Shown: piece by piece, positions 44,394 to 53,592 of the stretch
Layout: each line of letters begins with the position of its first letter
Position numbering within the stretch: the first letter of the stretch is position 1
DNA from: a virus
Taxonomy: Duplodnaviria > Caudoviricetes
Direction: 5' to 3' (one strand)
DNA: 55,991 nucleotides
Virus record (IMG/VR): IMGVR_UViG_3300037755_000409
Span: 1-55,991 of that record
Notes under the pieces: generated by a model
Told to the model about the DNA's origin: nothing
Database searches by the model: none
The model's input: the letters and a program-made list of their open reading frames with translations, nothing else
Made by a program: the position numbers and the translations under genes

Positions 44394-45101
44394 TTAAAGC
44401 TGCGCACACTGAACGTGCATCCAGTCGTAATTTGCGACTCGCCCCAAGCTTACCCAGCCCTCAGCTTCCCAGATTTCCCAGAACGGCACGGCGTCAGGCT
44501 GACCAAGCCGCGCCTGGTCGCGCCCCCACTTGAGCTGATTGCGCTGATCGTCAAAGTCGATTGCAATGCCCCAGGAATGCGTCGACCAGGTCGAGCCGCC
44601 GCGCTTCTTGCGAGGCGCGCTAAGGCATCCGCTGAAAATATCGAGGCCGAGATCCGCGCGCTGCTTTTCGTCGAACGTTTCTGCGATGCGTTTGAAGCAG
44701 CGCGCCGCGCTGGCGTGACACTTTTTATGAATTGAAAAGCGCGTGATCTGCTCATCGAGATCCCAGGCCAGTCGCATCGGATAGGGAAGGTCGAGCGACT
44801 TCAGGTGCTTGCCCATTGCGCCGTAGAATGCAGGCACTGCGGATTCGTGCGGCCATGGGCCATCTTTTGGATAAAGCGGCTGAACCGGCTCGGCCTGCCG
44901 ATCCTCGATGACGCCATCCGGCCACAAGATGTCGTCGACATCATTCGAGCCCGCTGTGAGCTTGTGCCAGTCCTGCGCTTCGTGAATCGCGGCCCGCGTG
45001 CGGTTGCCGAGGATGCCGTCAGCCGGGCCCGGATCGAAACCGAGCTCGGCGAGGCGCAATTGAACTTTGTGAGTCCAGGTCGTCACATTTGCTATCCCCA
45101 A
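44394..45101 (-). CDS. Endolysin: PG-binding domain + M15 peptidase
   Basis: VQ.RL..LGFDPGPADG..G.RT..AI; STHSWGIAIDFD; DWMHVQ. Confidence 0.92.
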   Translation of the reverse strand: MGIANVTTWTHKVQLRLAELGFDPGPADGILGNRTRAAIHEAQDWHKLTAGSNDVDDILWPDGVIEDRQAEPVQPLYPKDGPWPHESAVPAFYGAMGKHLKSLDLPYPMRLAWDLDEQITRFSIHKKCHASAARCFKRIAETFDEKQRADLGLDIFSGCLSAPRKKRGGSTWSTHSWGIAIDFDDQRNQLKWGRDQARLGQPDAVPFWEIWEAEGWVSLGRVANYDWMHVQCAQL

Positions 45102-45137
45102 CGTAAGAAGGATATTCGCTTACGCATTGGATAGCAG

Positions 45138-45157
45138 ATTGCACACTATCGTGCAAT
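45138..45157. promoter_or_regulatory. Operator-like palindrome upstream of the endolysin
   Basis: ATTGCACACTATCGTGCAAT, same TGCAC-N6-GTGCA form as the immunity operators. Confidence 0.55.
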
Positions 45158-45176
45158 GTCGTGCGAGGCGCGCGAG

Positions 45177-45374
45177 CTAGCGTGCAATTTTCTCCCGGCC
45201 CTTCCGCGTGCTCGGCGGCCGATCGCTCTCATCGATAAACTTGTCCACCGCCGAAATGATCAGCTGCGTCAATGACGGCTTGATCGGCTGCTGACCGATC
45301 CATTCATCAACCCGATCGCGCCATTCCCTGTCGACGCGCAGATTGATCGCCACTTTTTTCTCATCTTGTTTCAT
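45177..45374 (-). CDS. Ribbon-helix-helix regulator
   Basis: AINLRVD.EWRDRVDEW...Q...PS....I..AV. Confidence 0.7.
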   Translation of the reverse strand: MKQDEKKVAINLRVDREWRDRVDEWIGQQPIKPSLTQLIISAVDKFIDESDRPPSTRKGREKIAR

Positions 45375-45498
45375 GCCCGAACGATGAAAGAAAACTAAAT
45401 AAAAGTAAAGATGAGCGTCGTTCACGAAAACGTGAACGGAAATCCCTTTCTTTTTGCTCTTTCTTTGCTTTATTTGTAAAGATTTATCTTTAAAGTGC

Positions 45499-45527
45499 TT
45501 TACATATTCGTCAGTACACGCTATATT
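45499..45527 (+). promoter_or_regulatory. Sigma70-type promoter of the small-gene/ribozyme operon
   Basis: TTTACA-17 nt-TATATT with an AT-rich upstream region. Confidence 0.7.
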
Positions 45528-45661
45528 CTAATCATAGACAGGGCGACGGGATAGCCCAGACCTACCAAGCCATAGACCCAAGCGGAGGCGGTAGACAGAC
45601 CCGAAAGACCGAGGGGACAGGAAGGAACCTGAAGCTCGGGAGGACAACAAAGGAGAAGACG

Positions 45662-45853
45662 ATGACTAAGGAAGACATGCTTTTGAAGACGCTGACCCGC
45701 ATCGAGAAGAAATTCGGTGACCTACACGACACCAGCCTGGCCCGAATGTACGAGGAGGGGCTCGACGCCCTGAGAACGAACGACGATCACAGGAAATGGA
45801 TGGCGGCCGAAGGGCTGATCGAATGGGAAAAGCATCACCTCTACGGAGCATAG
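45662..45853 (+). CDS. Small hypothetical protein (63 aa)
   Basis: AAGGAG RBS. Confidence 0.75.
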   Translation: MTKEDMLLKTLTRIEKKFGDLHDTSLARMYEEGLDALRTNDDHRKWMAAEGLIEWEKHHLYGA

Positions 45854-45925
45854 CGAAACCTAGCCTGGGAGCAATCCCCGGCGACGGTCGACCAAGCGTG
45901 GCGGCTTGGTCCTGATGAGCAGCCA
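45853..45925 (+). ncRNA. Type II hammerhead ribozyme 1
   Basis: GC-GAAAC...GGTC^(45889)-GACCAAGC/GCTTGGTC stem I-CTGATGA-GC. Confidence 0.9.
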
Positions 45926-45937
45926 AGGGAGACGACA

Positions 45938-46102
45938 ATGGAACTCACACCTCGCCAGCAGGAAATCAGCAACCGCATCGCAGACGCAAAGCAGCACTGT
46001 GACGACGGCCTGATTACCGAAATCGAGATGAAGATGAAAATTGCAGAGATCAAGCGGCAAGCGTTTCACAGCTTCGCGGCTGATCTACCCAACATGAAAT
46101 GA
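45938..46102 (+). CDS. Small hypothetical protein (54 aa)
   Basis: GGGAG RBS; MELTPRQQEISNRIAD...; lies between ribozymes 1 and 2. Confidence 0.7.
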   Translation: MELTPRQQEISNRIADAKQHCDDGLITEIEMKMKIAEIKRQAFHSFAADLPNMK

Positions 46103-46180
46103 GCGAAACCTAGCCGGAGCGTTACAGCGCTCCGGCGATGGTCGCCAACCGGTCGCGCGGTTGGCCTGATGAGCAAGCGA
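46103..46180 (+). ncRNA. Type II hammerhead ribozyme 2
   Basis: GC-GAAAC...GGTC^(46143)-GCCAACCG/CGGTTGGC stem I-CTGATGA-GC. Confidence 0.9.
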
Positions 46181-46193
46181 TGGAGAATAAACC

Positions 46194-46412
46194 ATGAAGA
46201 AATTTGAAGTCGGCAATACCTATTCAACGCGTTCAGCATGCGATCACGAATGCATCTTCAGCTATACGGTGAAAAAGCGCACGGCGAAATTTCTCTGGCT
46301 GGAAAACAAGCGCGGCGAACAAAAGCGGCGCGGTATCTATGCGCATAGCGGCATCGAATACTGCAAGCCCGAAGGCACTTATTCGATGTGCCCGGTGATC
46401 TCAGCCGACTGA
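46194..46412 (+). CDS. Small hypothetical protein (72 aa)
   Basis: GGAG RBS; KFEVG.TY.TRS.CDH.CIF. Confidence 0.8.
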   Translation: MKKFEVGNTYSTRSACDHECIFSYTVKKRTAKFLWLENKRGEQKRRGIYAHSGIEYCKPEGTYSMCPVISAD

Positions 46413-46414
46413 AA

Positions 46415-46491
46415 GCGAAACCGGCACCAGAGCGTTACAGCGCCTGGTGCCGGTCGTTTCGGCGTAGTGGCCGAAGCCTGATGAGCAGCCA
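46415..46491 (+). ncRNA. Type II hammerhead ribozyme 3
   Basis: GC-GAA-ACCGGCACCAG/CTGGTGCCGGT-C^(46455)-GTTTCGGC/GCCGAAGC-CTGATGA-GC. Confidence 0.9.
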
Positions 46492-46523
46492 GACAGTCTC
46501 ACAAACTCGATGAGCAATCAAGC

Positions 46524-46718
46524 ATGACAACCCACACGATTACCGTGACCAGCGGCGAGCTCGGCGAAATTATTCACGCACTTTACTACCAAGCCGGCGA
46601 GCGGCGCAATTTGGCGAATACTTGCGGTGATATTGCACTTCTCGCCAAACAGAAGAATGACTTTCAAGCGGAAGCCGAGCGGCTTGAGGGTTTGGCTTCG
46701 AAATTAGCTCGACTGTGA
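46524..46718 (+). CDS. Small hypothetical protein (64 aa)
   Basis: ORF following ribozyme 3. Confidence 0.6.
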   Translation: MTTHTITVTSGELGEIIHALYYQAGERRNLANTCGDIALLAKQKNDFQAEAERLEGLASKLARL

Positions 46719-46800
46719 AGAAAAGCAGAGCAGCCGCGCCCGGCGACGGAAACCACCAGGCGCGGCCTAGATGCAATCCTTGAAAAGGAAGGACTACACC

Positions 46801-47865
46801 ATGACTGAAAGATCTAAACCAACGCCGGGGCGCGGGCAATATTTGCTAGCCATCGTTCTCGGCACACTCGCCATCGGTGCCGGCGGCATCTCGCTTTCCA
46901 TGAACGCGGCGTTCGGCATGAAGACCGGCATCGTGATGGCTGCAATCTTCATCCTGTCGGATGGCGCGAAAATCATCCTGCCCATGGCCGATGCCGCTCT
47001 CGGCGGATCCTCAACAAAGCGCCGCCTGGCATACTGGACGGCCGTGCTGATCTCTGTTCTGGCCGCAACGTCCTATCTGCTGGAAACGCAGGCAACTCGC
47101 CTCATCCAGTCGGAAAAGGCGTCTGAGACCGCCACGAGCGCACGCACGGACGCGGAACGCATTCGCGGTGAACTGGCCGCGATCAGCGAGAAGCGCAGCC
47201 CGGACGCCATCAAGGCAGAGATCGAGGGCCACAAGCAGCACAAGCGGTGGACCTCGACAATCGAATGCACGGACGCGACTCTGCCGGAAAGCCGTGACTA
47301 CTGCCAGGCATACAATCAGCTCCGCGCTGATCTGGCCACGGCGGAACGGCGCGAACGTCTGGACGTCCAGCTTGCTGGCATCGTCGAGACGGTGCGGGCC
47401 ACGCCTGCGGAAGCGCTCGGCAGTGCCGACACGATCGCGGCATTGACCGGCGGCGACAAGGCCGAGATTGCGCAGCATGAGGCCATCGTCAAAGCGATCC
47501 TGATGCTGATGATCTTGGAAATCATCGCCATGTTCTCAGGCGATGCCGGAAACCTGTTCGTTCGCACATGGCGTGGACGCCGAAAGCTGGCGAAACCAAT
47601 CCAGAAGGAACCGAAATCTTCCGATACCGGACGGAAGGCAAACGAAATTTCGTCCGAAATTCCGGCGAAATCCTACTGGATGAAGCGCCTGGCAAAAGAG
47701 CAGCCTGAGCTTGCTCGCCGCGTCATCAGCGGCGAAATTTCGTGCTACAAAGCATGCATCGAGGCTGGTATCCGGAAGGCTCCCGAAATCGGCAAAGCCA
47801 AAACGAAATCGGATTGGACCAAGCCGGAAGCCTATGTGCAGACGAAGGAAGCCGTTGAGGCTTGA
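46801..47865 (+). CDS. Membrane protein with coiled-coil region
   Basis: Three N-terminal TM segments, coiled coil, fourth TM; AAGGA RBS. Confidence 0.75.
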   Translation: MTERSKPTPGRGQYLLAIVLGTLAIGAGGISLSMNAAFGMKTGIVMAAIFILSDGAKIILPMADAALGGSSTKRRLAYWTAVLISVLAATSYLLETQATRLIQSEKASETATSARTDAERIRGELAAISEKRSPDAIKAEIEGHKQHKRWTSTIECTDATLPESRDYCQAYNQLRADLATAERRERLDVQLAGIVETVRATPAEALGSADTIAALTGGDKAEIAQHEAIVKAILMLMILEIIAMFSGDAGNLFVRTWRGRRKLAKPIQKEPKSSDTGRKANEISSEIPAKSYWMKRLAKEQPELARRVISGEISCYKACIEAGIRKAPEIGKAKTKSDWTKPEAYVQTKEAVEA

Positions 47866-47891
47866 GGCCGACAATGACGACGACAGAATAG

Positions 47892-47924
47892 AGCCCCGCC
47901 AGAGCGATCTGAGCGGGGCTTTTT
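47892..47924 (+). terminator. Rho-independent terminator
   Basis: AGCCCCGC...GCGGGGCT followed by TTTT. Confidence 0.8.
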
Positions 47925-47936
47925 GTTGCCTGCAAA

Positions 47937-48470
47937 TTACGAAGCAGATCCCACCTTCTGCATCAGCAGCGAATGGGCTTCGTTGAAGCCAGTCAAATCC
48001 ACGCTTATATCGCGAGACCCTTCGGCGAATCTCGTATATCTGACCGCGGCGGTTGAACCCGTCTTGAGGGATTTGACAAGCTTGCCTGCATCAGCGCGAT
48101 GCTCTGCCGATGTCTTCGCGATAATAAACTCATTGATATTGGTCAAAAAAACAGGCGCCTTGTCGTCAACACGCACGACTGCCTCAGCGGACGGATCATC
48201 GTGATGGCCAGCCATAATGTACGGGCCATTTTTATTGATGTAGTAGACCTGAAAAGGTGCTTCCTGTCCGTATGACGTTTTGCCAAAGATTGCAGCATAG
48301 CAGCGTCGCGTTGCCAGGACATCATCTTCGGTGCAGTCAACGCGCCAGCCAGATGAAAGTGTCGTCGCTTCGGCGCGCGCTATAAACTCGTTGGTCGATG
48401 CCGTCGGTGCGCAGCCGGTTAACAGCCCAAAAGCTACAAGCGTCAAAACCTGTTTCATTCGCCTCCCCAC
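47937..48470 (-). CDS. Lipoprotein (moron; possible exclusion factor)
   Basis: MKQVLTLVAFGLLTGC lipobox. Confidence 0.7.
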   Translation of the reverse strand: MGRRMKQVLTLVAFGLLTGCAPTASTNEFIARAEATTLSSGWRVDCTEDDVLATRRCYAAIFGKTSYGQEAPFQVYYINKNGPYIMAGHHDDPSAEAVVRVDDKAPVFLTNINEFIIAKTSAEHRADAGKLVKSLKTGSTAAVRYTRFAEGSRDISVDLTGFNEAHSLLMQKVGSAS

Positions 48471-48482
48471 TGGCGTCGCCTT

Positions 48483-48647
48483 TTATTTTTCTACGCGTTC
48501 ATCACTCGCTCTCGCGTCCACATACTCACGCAGTATGCGGACAATCATATTTGCCATAGGCCGATCTTCCTCGCTGGCGATCTTCCGGAGGCTCTCTTTC
48601 AATTCGTGATCGACACGAATGTTAATTGGATAAAGCTTCTTCTGCAT
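48483..48647 (-). CDS. Arc/CopG-like ribbon-helix-helix protein (54 aa)
   Basis: MQKKLYPINIRVDHELKESLRKIASEEDRPMANMIVRILREY (translated by hand). Confidence 0.75.
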   Translation of the reverse strand: MQKKLYPINIRVDHELKESLRKIASEEDRPMANMIVRILREYVDARASDERVEK

Positions 48648-48739
48648 ACACGCACTTTAATAATACCGGATTGACAGCCGCAAGCGCCTTTGTGTAGCGT
48701 GATGAGTGTTAAATTAGTGGTGTTGTAGTGTTAATATAG

Positions 48740-49057
48740 TTGTGGGAGTTCATTAAAATGGAAGAGCGCAAAAGCCTCTCCGAAGTGCTGTTGATTGCCA
48801 AAGACGAAAAAGGCGAGGCACGCGTCATCAACCTATCAGGCCTGACGATTGAGCTCGTAATCCCGGCACCCAAAGCCGACGGCGGGACCGCCGACCTCAA
48901 GCGCCGCCTGGCCGAAGCCGTCGAGGGGCTGGAATTCTACGCAGATCCCAAGAGCCACGCACAGCGTGGACGCAATCGTTCGAAGGTGCATGCGGACAAG
49001 GGGGATCTGGCGCGGGATACGTTGGCGGCGATTAGGGAAGCAGGCGCTAGCGGTTAG
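48740..49057 (+). CDS. Hypothetical protein
   Basis: EGLEFYAD...GDLARDTL; divergent from the RHH gene. Confidence 0.55.
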   Translation: MWEFIKMEERKSLSEVLLIAKDEKGEARVINLSGLTIELVIPAPKADGGTADLKRRLAEAVEGLEFYADPKSHAQRGRNRSKVHADKGDLARDTLAAIREAGASG

Positions 49058-49217
49058 ATCGCCTCATGCCCGAGGATGGCCCCCGCGCCGGACCGGGAGA
49101 TGCGCCGTGTCATCACGATTTTCCCCAACCGTTAAAATTTTCACGAAATAAGATTGATCCAGCGCGCGCGAGTCGCTTAGTCTGACATCACCATTTCTGC
49201 CCAGAAATAGGTAACGC

Positions 49218-49257
49218 AAGGCCCGTTCCTCTATACCCAACCAGAGGAGCGGGCTTT
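49218..49257. terminator. Hairpin terminator after the tail operon
   Basis: GCCCGTTCCTCT...AGAGGAGCGGGC flanked by T-runs. Confidence 0.6.
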
Positions 49258-49269
49258 CAACATGGAAGG

Positions 49270-49944
49270 TTACGCATTCCCCACTTCCATATAAAACGAA
49301 ACCAGCGTGTTTTCGCCGCCCTCGTCCACCATATCAACTGCCGTATCTGCGGGCGATGAATTGTAAATCTTGTAAGCCAAGTACGCTAAACCAGAAATAC
49401 CGTTTATTTCACCGTCTTTTGCGGGATTGAACGTTCTAGGACTGATGCCACCGCCTGAGCCATATGCCCCTATCACCAAAAGAGGGACCGCTCCCCCTGA
49501 TGCCGCAACATTCTGTGAAGTTGGATCACCGCCCGTCAGTTGCTGATTAAGTCCTGCCACATTGACCGATGTCGCCGGAGCATTGCCGCGAAACACATAA
49601 AGCATCTTCGCGACGTATTCATCATCAGGCATCCCCGACAACGATGCAGAAGCTTCTGAACCGTCAGCAATCTTGTAACTGACTACTGATCTCGCAATAC
49701 TTCCGCCAAGATTTACGATAGTTGTAAAACCGGAAGGTATCGCAGCGGCAGGCGGCCCCCCACTGCTGACATATGCGAAATCATGCAGGATCAAAATATC
49801 ACCTGCCTGTATACTTGCCGGCCCGGTGATGGTTTGACTAAAATTGGAAACTTGGGATGCCTGGAGAGACAGCGTCGTCAACGGCACGAACGAAACTCGC
49901 CTCGCCCCAAACCCCACAAGCTGATTCACCTTAAACATGATCAA
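49270..49944 (-). CDS. Tail fibre-associated protein
   Basis: Last gene of the tail operon; beta-rich, lower GC. Confidence 0.65.
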   Translation of the reverse strand: MIMFKVNQLVGFGARRVSFVPLTTLSLQASQVSNFSQTITGPASIQAGDILILHDFAYVSSGGPPAAAIPSGFTTIVNLGGSIARSVVSYKIADGSEASASLSGMPDDEYVAKMLYVFRGNAPATSVNVAGLNQQLTGGDPTSQNVAASGGAVPLLVIGAYGSGGGISPRTFNPAKDGEINGISGLAYLAYKIYNSSPADTAVDMVDEGGENTLVSFYMEVGNA

Positions 49945-51224
49945 TCATCCGTGTTGGCATCGGTGGTGTAGAAAAGCTTTACGCCATGAAGATAAGCATC
50001 AACAGCAAGAGTATCGCTTCCATCGGAAGGCAGGCGGAATCCCCTGAATACGACAAGATCACCTTCCGCTGGTGTGCCTATTATCGTTCCCGCACCGCTT
50101 TCTGGGGAAATATAAAGATTGTCCTCAGTTCCACCTGTATCTGAGACGCCATTACCGCCACCATTGCTACCTGTTAAATCTTCGTCATTACTGACTGCCT
50201 TCGCCTGTATATTCCAACGCACTCCGAAATTCGTTGTCGTTGCCGGATGGCTCCAATAAACTTGAAAAGTGAACGTTCCGTTGTTCCATCCCTTTGGCAT
50301 GGCAATAATAAAGCTGAACATCTGAATGGTTGATGGATCGAATGCACCGACATTTTGCGCAATCTCATTGCCATAACCGAAACTGACTTCATCGGCATTC
50401 GGTGTAACCATCGCCCCCCAAGGAATCCATATCGTCTGCTTGCCCGCACCGATAGACGAGGCCGCGACGCGCTTGGGGTTATTGGCGTCTGATGCATCTT
50501 GAATAGGGATCAGGTCACCCGGTGCTGCCGCAACTTGCGCCTCATCTCCTGCAAACAAGCCATCCGCGCCGGAACGCGCAAATACGAACCCGAAAACCGC
50601 GCCGGCAACGAACGTCTCTGCCGCGCTCGCGCTCAGCACCGTCACCGGAATTGCGTAATACCCTGGCGGCGAGCCGTCCGGCGTCAAACTACCCGTGACG
50701 CGAGCGACAAGCACGGCCGCGTTGTCGGTCGAGCGCAGCGTGAGGATGCCCCGTTCCGAAGTATCGCCGCCATCATCGAGCGTCTCCAGCCATCCCGCCT
50801 GCGCAACACCGTCCTTGTCCTGCTCGTCGATGTAGATCGCCGTGGCGCTAGCCGGATCGGCGTTGTTAAACCGGAACAAACCCGCGCCGGGATCGGCGTC
50901 CGCCGTCTCGCTGGCAAACAGCCAGGACGCACCCACCGGCGGCGAGTCCTGTTCCTGCGCCAAGCCAATCCCGACATACCGCCAGACACGCTCAAAGCCG
51001 CCCTTGGTCGCCGTAATGCGATAAGCCCCGCCAGCAGCATGGAAGGCCGCAAAGCCCTCGCTGTCGGCTGTGATGGGATTGCCTGTCGGCACAAGGCCGT
51101 CACGGTCGGAAAAGAGCGATGCAAGCGGAGATCCCGCCACCTCACGCCGCACTGTGACGCTCGCGCCGTCCTGAATATTCCCGGCCTCATCCACTATTGT
51201 TGCCTGCCAACGAGCCAAAGTCAT
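49941..51224 (-). CDS. Tail fibre / receptor-binding protein
   Basis: N-terminal LFSDRDG...GNP...D..G.A.F anchor; lower-GC C-terminal domain. Confidence 0.75.
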   Translation of the reverse strand: MTLARWQATIVDEAGNIQDGASVTVRREVAGSPLASLFSDRDGLVPTGNPITADSEGFAAFHAAGGAYRITATKGGFERVWRYVGIGLAQEQDSPPVGASWLFASETADADPGAGLFRFNNADPASATAIYIDEQDKDGVAQAGWLETLDDGGDTSERGILTLRSTDNAAVLVARVTGSLTPDGSPPGYYAIPVTVLSASAAETFVAGAVFGFVFARSGADGLFAGDEAQVAAAPGDLIPIQDASDANNPKRVAASSIGAGKQTIWIPWGAMVTPNADEVSFGYGNEIAQNVGAFDPSTIQMFSFIIAMPKGWNNGTFTFQVYWSHPATTTNFGVRWNIQAKAVSNDEDLTGSNGGGNGVSDTGGTEDNLYISPESGAGTIIGTPAEGDLVVFRGFRLPSDGSDTLAVDAYLHGVKLFYTTDANTDD

Positions 51225-51240
51225 CGTTCAAAATCTCCAA

Positions 51241-53592
51241 TCATGCCGGCGATCCTTCCGCTTCGCGCCAGATGATCACGATGATGCCGTTAGCACCGTC
51301 GCCACCGGACGCATCGTTGCCACCGCCGCCACCGCCGCCGTAATCGCCGCCATTAGCGCCGTCGCTGTCATCGCCACCGCCGCCACCGCCGCCGCCGGGA
51401 CCGGCTGAGACAATCGGCGAAACTGTCTGCGTCCATAGCTGTTCGCCATTGCCGCCCGGTGAGCCGTTCTGCCCCACGTTGCCACCGCGGCCGCCGCCAC
51501 CTTCCTGCCCCGATGGCGTTGTCTCGTTCCCGCCGCCAAAGTCAAACCGGTTATTGCCGCCGTCCTGCTGATTATTTCCGACACTGTCGCCACCATCAGC
51601 ACCGCCGCCGCCCATGCCGTTATCAGTGCTGACGCTGGCTCCATGACCGCCATTGCCGCCGTCGCCATTCGGGCCGCCCGCGCCTCCGCCACCCCCGCCG
51701 CCCGCGCGTGTCTCACCTCGCGGCGCGCCATTGCCGCCATTGCCGCCGGAATTGCGGAGATCACCGATGCCGCTTGATGCCTGCCCACCAGTGCCGCCGC
51801 CTGTCCTGCCTACGCCGCCCAGGCCGCCGCGCGCGCCGACAAGAGCGCTGCCGAACGACGCCGCGCCAAACCATGTGTCCTCGCCATTGCCAGCGCCAAA
51901 AAAGCTGCCACCATTGCCGCGCAAACCGACGCGATAGGAAATCGACGGCATAGGAGATGCCGCGAGCGCAAGGTTCGTTGATCGCGAGAACGCCCCGCCG
52001 CCGCCGCCCTTGCCGCCATCGCCGCTGCCGCGATCGCCGCCACCTCCAGCGCCAAGGCAACTGACTGAGTTGTCAGCATCGTTCCACGTGTCCGGCACCT
52101 GCCACGAAAGCACGCTGCCGGTCTGCGTCAGGAACACCACATTGACCAGCGACACGACGCCCGAGGCGAGCATTTCCTCGGCCTCGACATAGACCCGATC
52201 CGGCTCAAGCCGAACATGCGTGATCTGGATCGACACCGGCACCTCGACGCCGGTTTCATCCTGGCTGCCCCACCATTGCAATTGATAGCCGCCCGCCGGC
52301 GTGATCGCCACGTCGCGGAACACTTCGAAAGCAAACGAGCGCGGCGGATCGCGGAAGCGGCTGAGCTGGATCGAATTGAGCCGCGTTGCCGCCGTCTCGG
52401 TCTCGATCCATCGGGATTCGATCTTGCGGATTTCCGCAGAGCCGTATTCGGTCTCGCGCTCAAGATCGACATCCGCGAGCACCGCGCGAAAATTGTCCTC
52501 ATTGGCCGCGCTGTCGGTCGGATCGCGCTGGCCGTAATAGCTCCAGATCTGGCTGATGCGTTTGGCCGGCTGTTCCTTGACCTTCAGCGAGTCCTCAAGA
52601 ATCCGGTCATGGCCGAACGTCTGCGTGTCCGTCGAGATCTCGCGCAGTACATTGAGCCGCAAGCGTTGCGCCCGGTCGTCCCACCAGACCGCAAGCGCCG
52701 CCTCCTCGATCAGACCGGAAACCAGCTTGTGCACGCTGGTCGGCTCGGTGATCGTGCGCGCGTAAATCACGCCGAGAAAATCCTCGGTCTCCTGCTGCCA
52801 GTCCGCAAGATTGATGTACTCGGCAGGGACGCCGGCGTAATTGGTCAGCAGATCGTGAATGATGTCCGCCGCGTCATCGCCCGTATAGCGCAGGACGAGC
52901 TGCACGCGGTCGCCGGCGTCATGGCCTTGCGCCACCGTGCCGAATTGCGCCCGGGTGATCGTCAGAACGTCCGCCGAGCGCGCGAAGGCAACCACCTCCT
53001 TACCACCGAGACAGACCCACCCGGACGCCGGATATTCTTCGTCGCCGATACCGGCCGGGCTGAGCGTCAGAGATCCGGCCGCATTGTCGATCGAGCCGGC
53101 CAGCGAGCCGTTCGACAACGCCGGAGCCTGCGCGCGGTCCTCATCGGCCAGCTTCAGAATGTCCTTGGCCTCGATCGTATAGACGCCTTTGAAGTCCGGC
53201 CCGTCTGTATTCTCGATCACATAATAACGCGTATCCATCTGCTCGATGGTCTGCCCGACCTGGCCACGGATCAGGCGCAGCTCGCGCCCGCGCAGCTTCG
53301 TCCCGTAGCGGCCGCGCCACTTGCCGAAAAACGTCCCCTGGTCGAATGGCTCACCGTTAAAGATGTGCCGGTGATCACGCAGCGAGATCCGGAGCGATGC
53401 ACGCTCGCCGAGATCCTTGCCAAGCGAGATCCGCGCCGGCGTGAAGCTGACAGAGTCGATCGACGGGATGGCGTCGATATCCGCGGGCAGGTAATCGGTC
53501 GGCATGGCAAAGCGCCAAGTCTCGATCGCTTCCGGCGACTCCGTCACGAAGGACGGAATGTCGATCTCGATGTAAGTGAGCGCCTTGGTCAT
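51241..53592 (-). CDS. Tail hub/tip protein with glycine-rich C-terminus
   Basis: TRAQFGT..Q.H.AGD.VQ; GGGGG/GGNG repeats. Confidence 0.8.
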   Translation of the reverse strand: MTKALTYIEIDIPSFVTESPEAIETWRFAMPTDYLPADIDAIPSIDSVSFTPARISLGKDLGERASLRISLRDHRHIFNGEPFDQGTFFGKWRGRYGTKLRGRELRLIRGQVGQTIEQMDTRYYVIENTDGPDFKGVYTIEAKDILKLADEDRAQAPALSNGSLAGSIDNAAGSLTLSPAGIGDEEYPASGWVCLGGKEVVAFARSADVLTITRAQFGTVAQGHDAGDRVQLVLRYTGDDAADIIHDLLTNYAGVPAEYINLADWQQETEDFLGVIYARTITEPTSVHKLVSGLIEEAALAVWWDDRAQRLRLNVLREISTDTQTFGHDRILEDSLKVKEQPAKRISQIWSYYGQRDPTDSAANEDNFRAVLADVDLERETEYGSAEIRKIESRWIETETAATRLNSIQLSRFRDPPRSFAFEVFRDVAITPAGGYQLQWWGSQDETGVEVPVSIQITHVRLEPDRVYVEAEEMLASGVVSLVNVVFLTQTGSVLSWQVPDTWNDADNSVSCLGAGGGGDRGSGDGGKGGGGGAFSRSTNLALAASPMPSISYRVGLRGNGGSFFGAGNGEDTWFGAASFGSALVGARGGLGGVGRTGGGTGGQASSGIGDLRNSGGNGGNGAPRGETRAGGGGGGGAGGPNGDGGNGGHGASVSTDNGMGGGGADGGDSVGNNQQDGGNNRFDFGGGNETTPSGQEGGGGRGGNVGQNGSPGGNGEQLWTQTVSPIVSAGPGGGGGGGGDDSDGANGGDYGGGGGGGNDASGGDGANGIIVIIWREAEGSPA

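Noticed and set aside
45540-45650. Fourth ribozyme in the operon leader
   Set aside because: Short stems and a CGAAA are present, but no CTGANGA core in a workable arrangement
51280-52060. GCC-rich tandem repeat or diversity-generating element
   Set aside because: Explained by glycine codons of the tail protein; no reverse transcriptase or template/variable repeat pair seen
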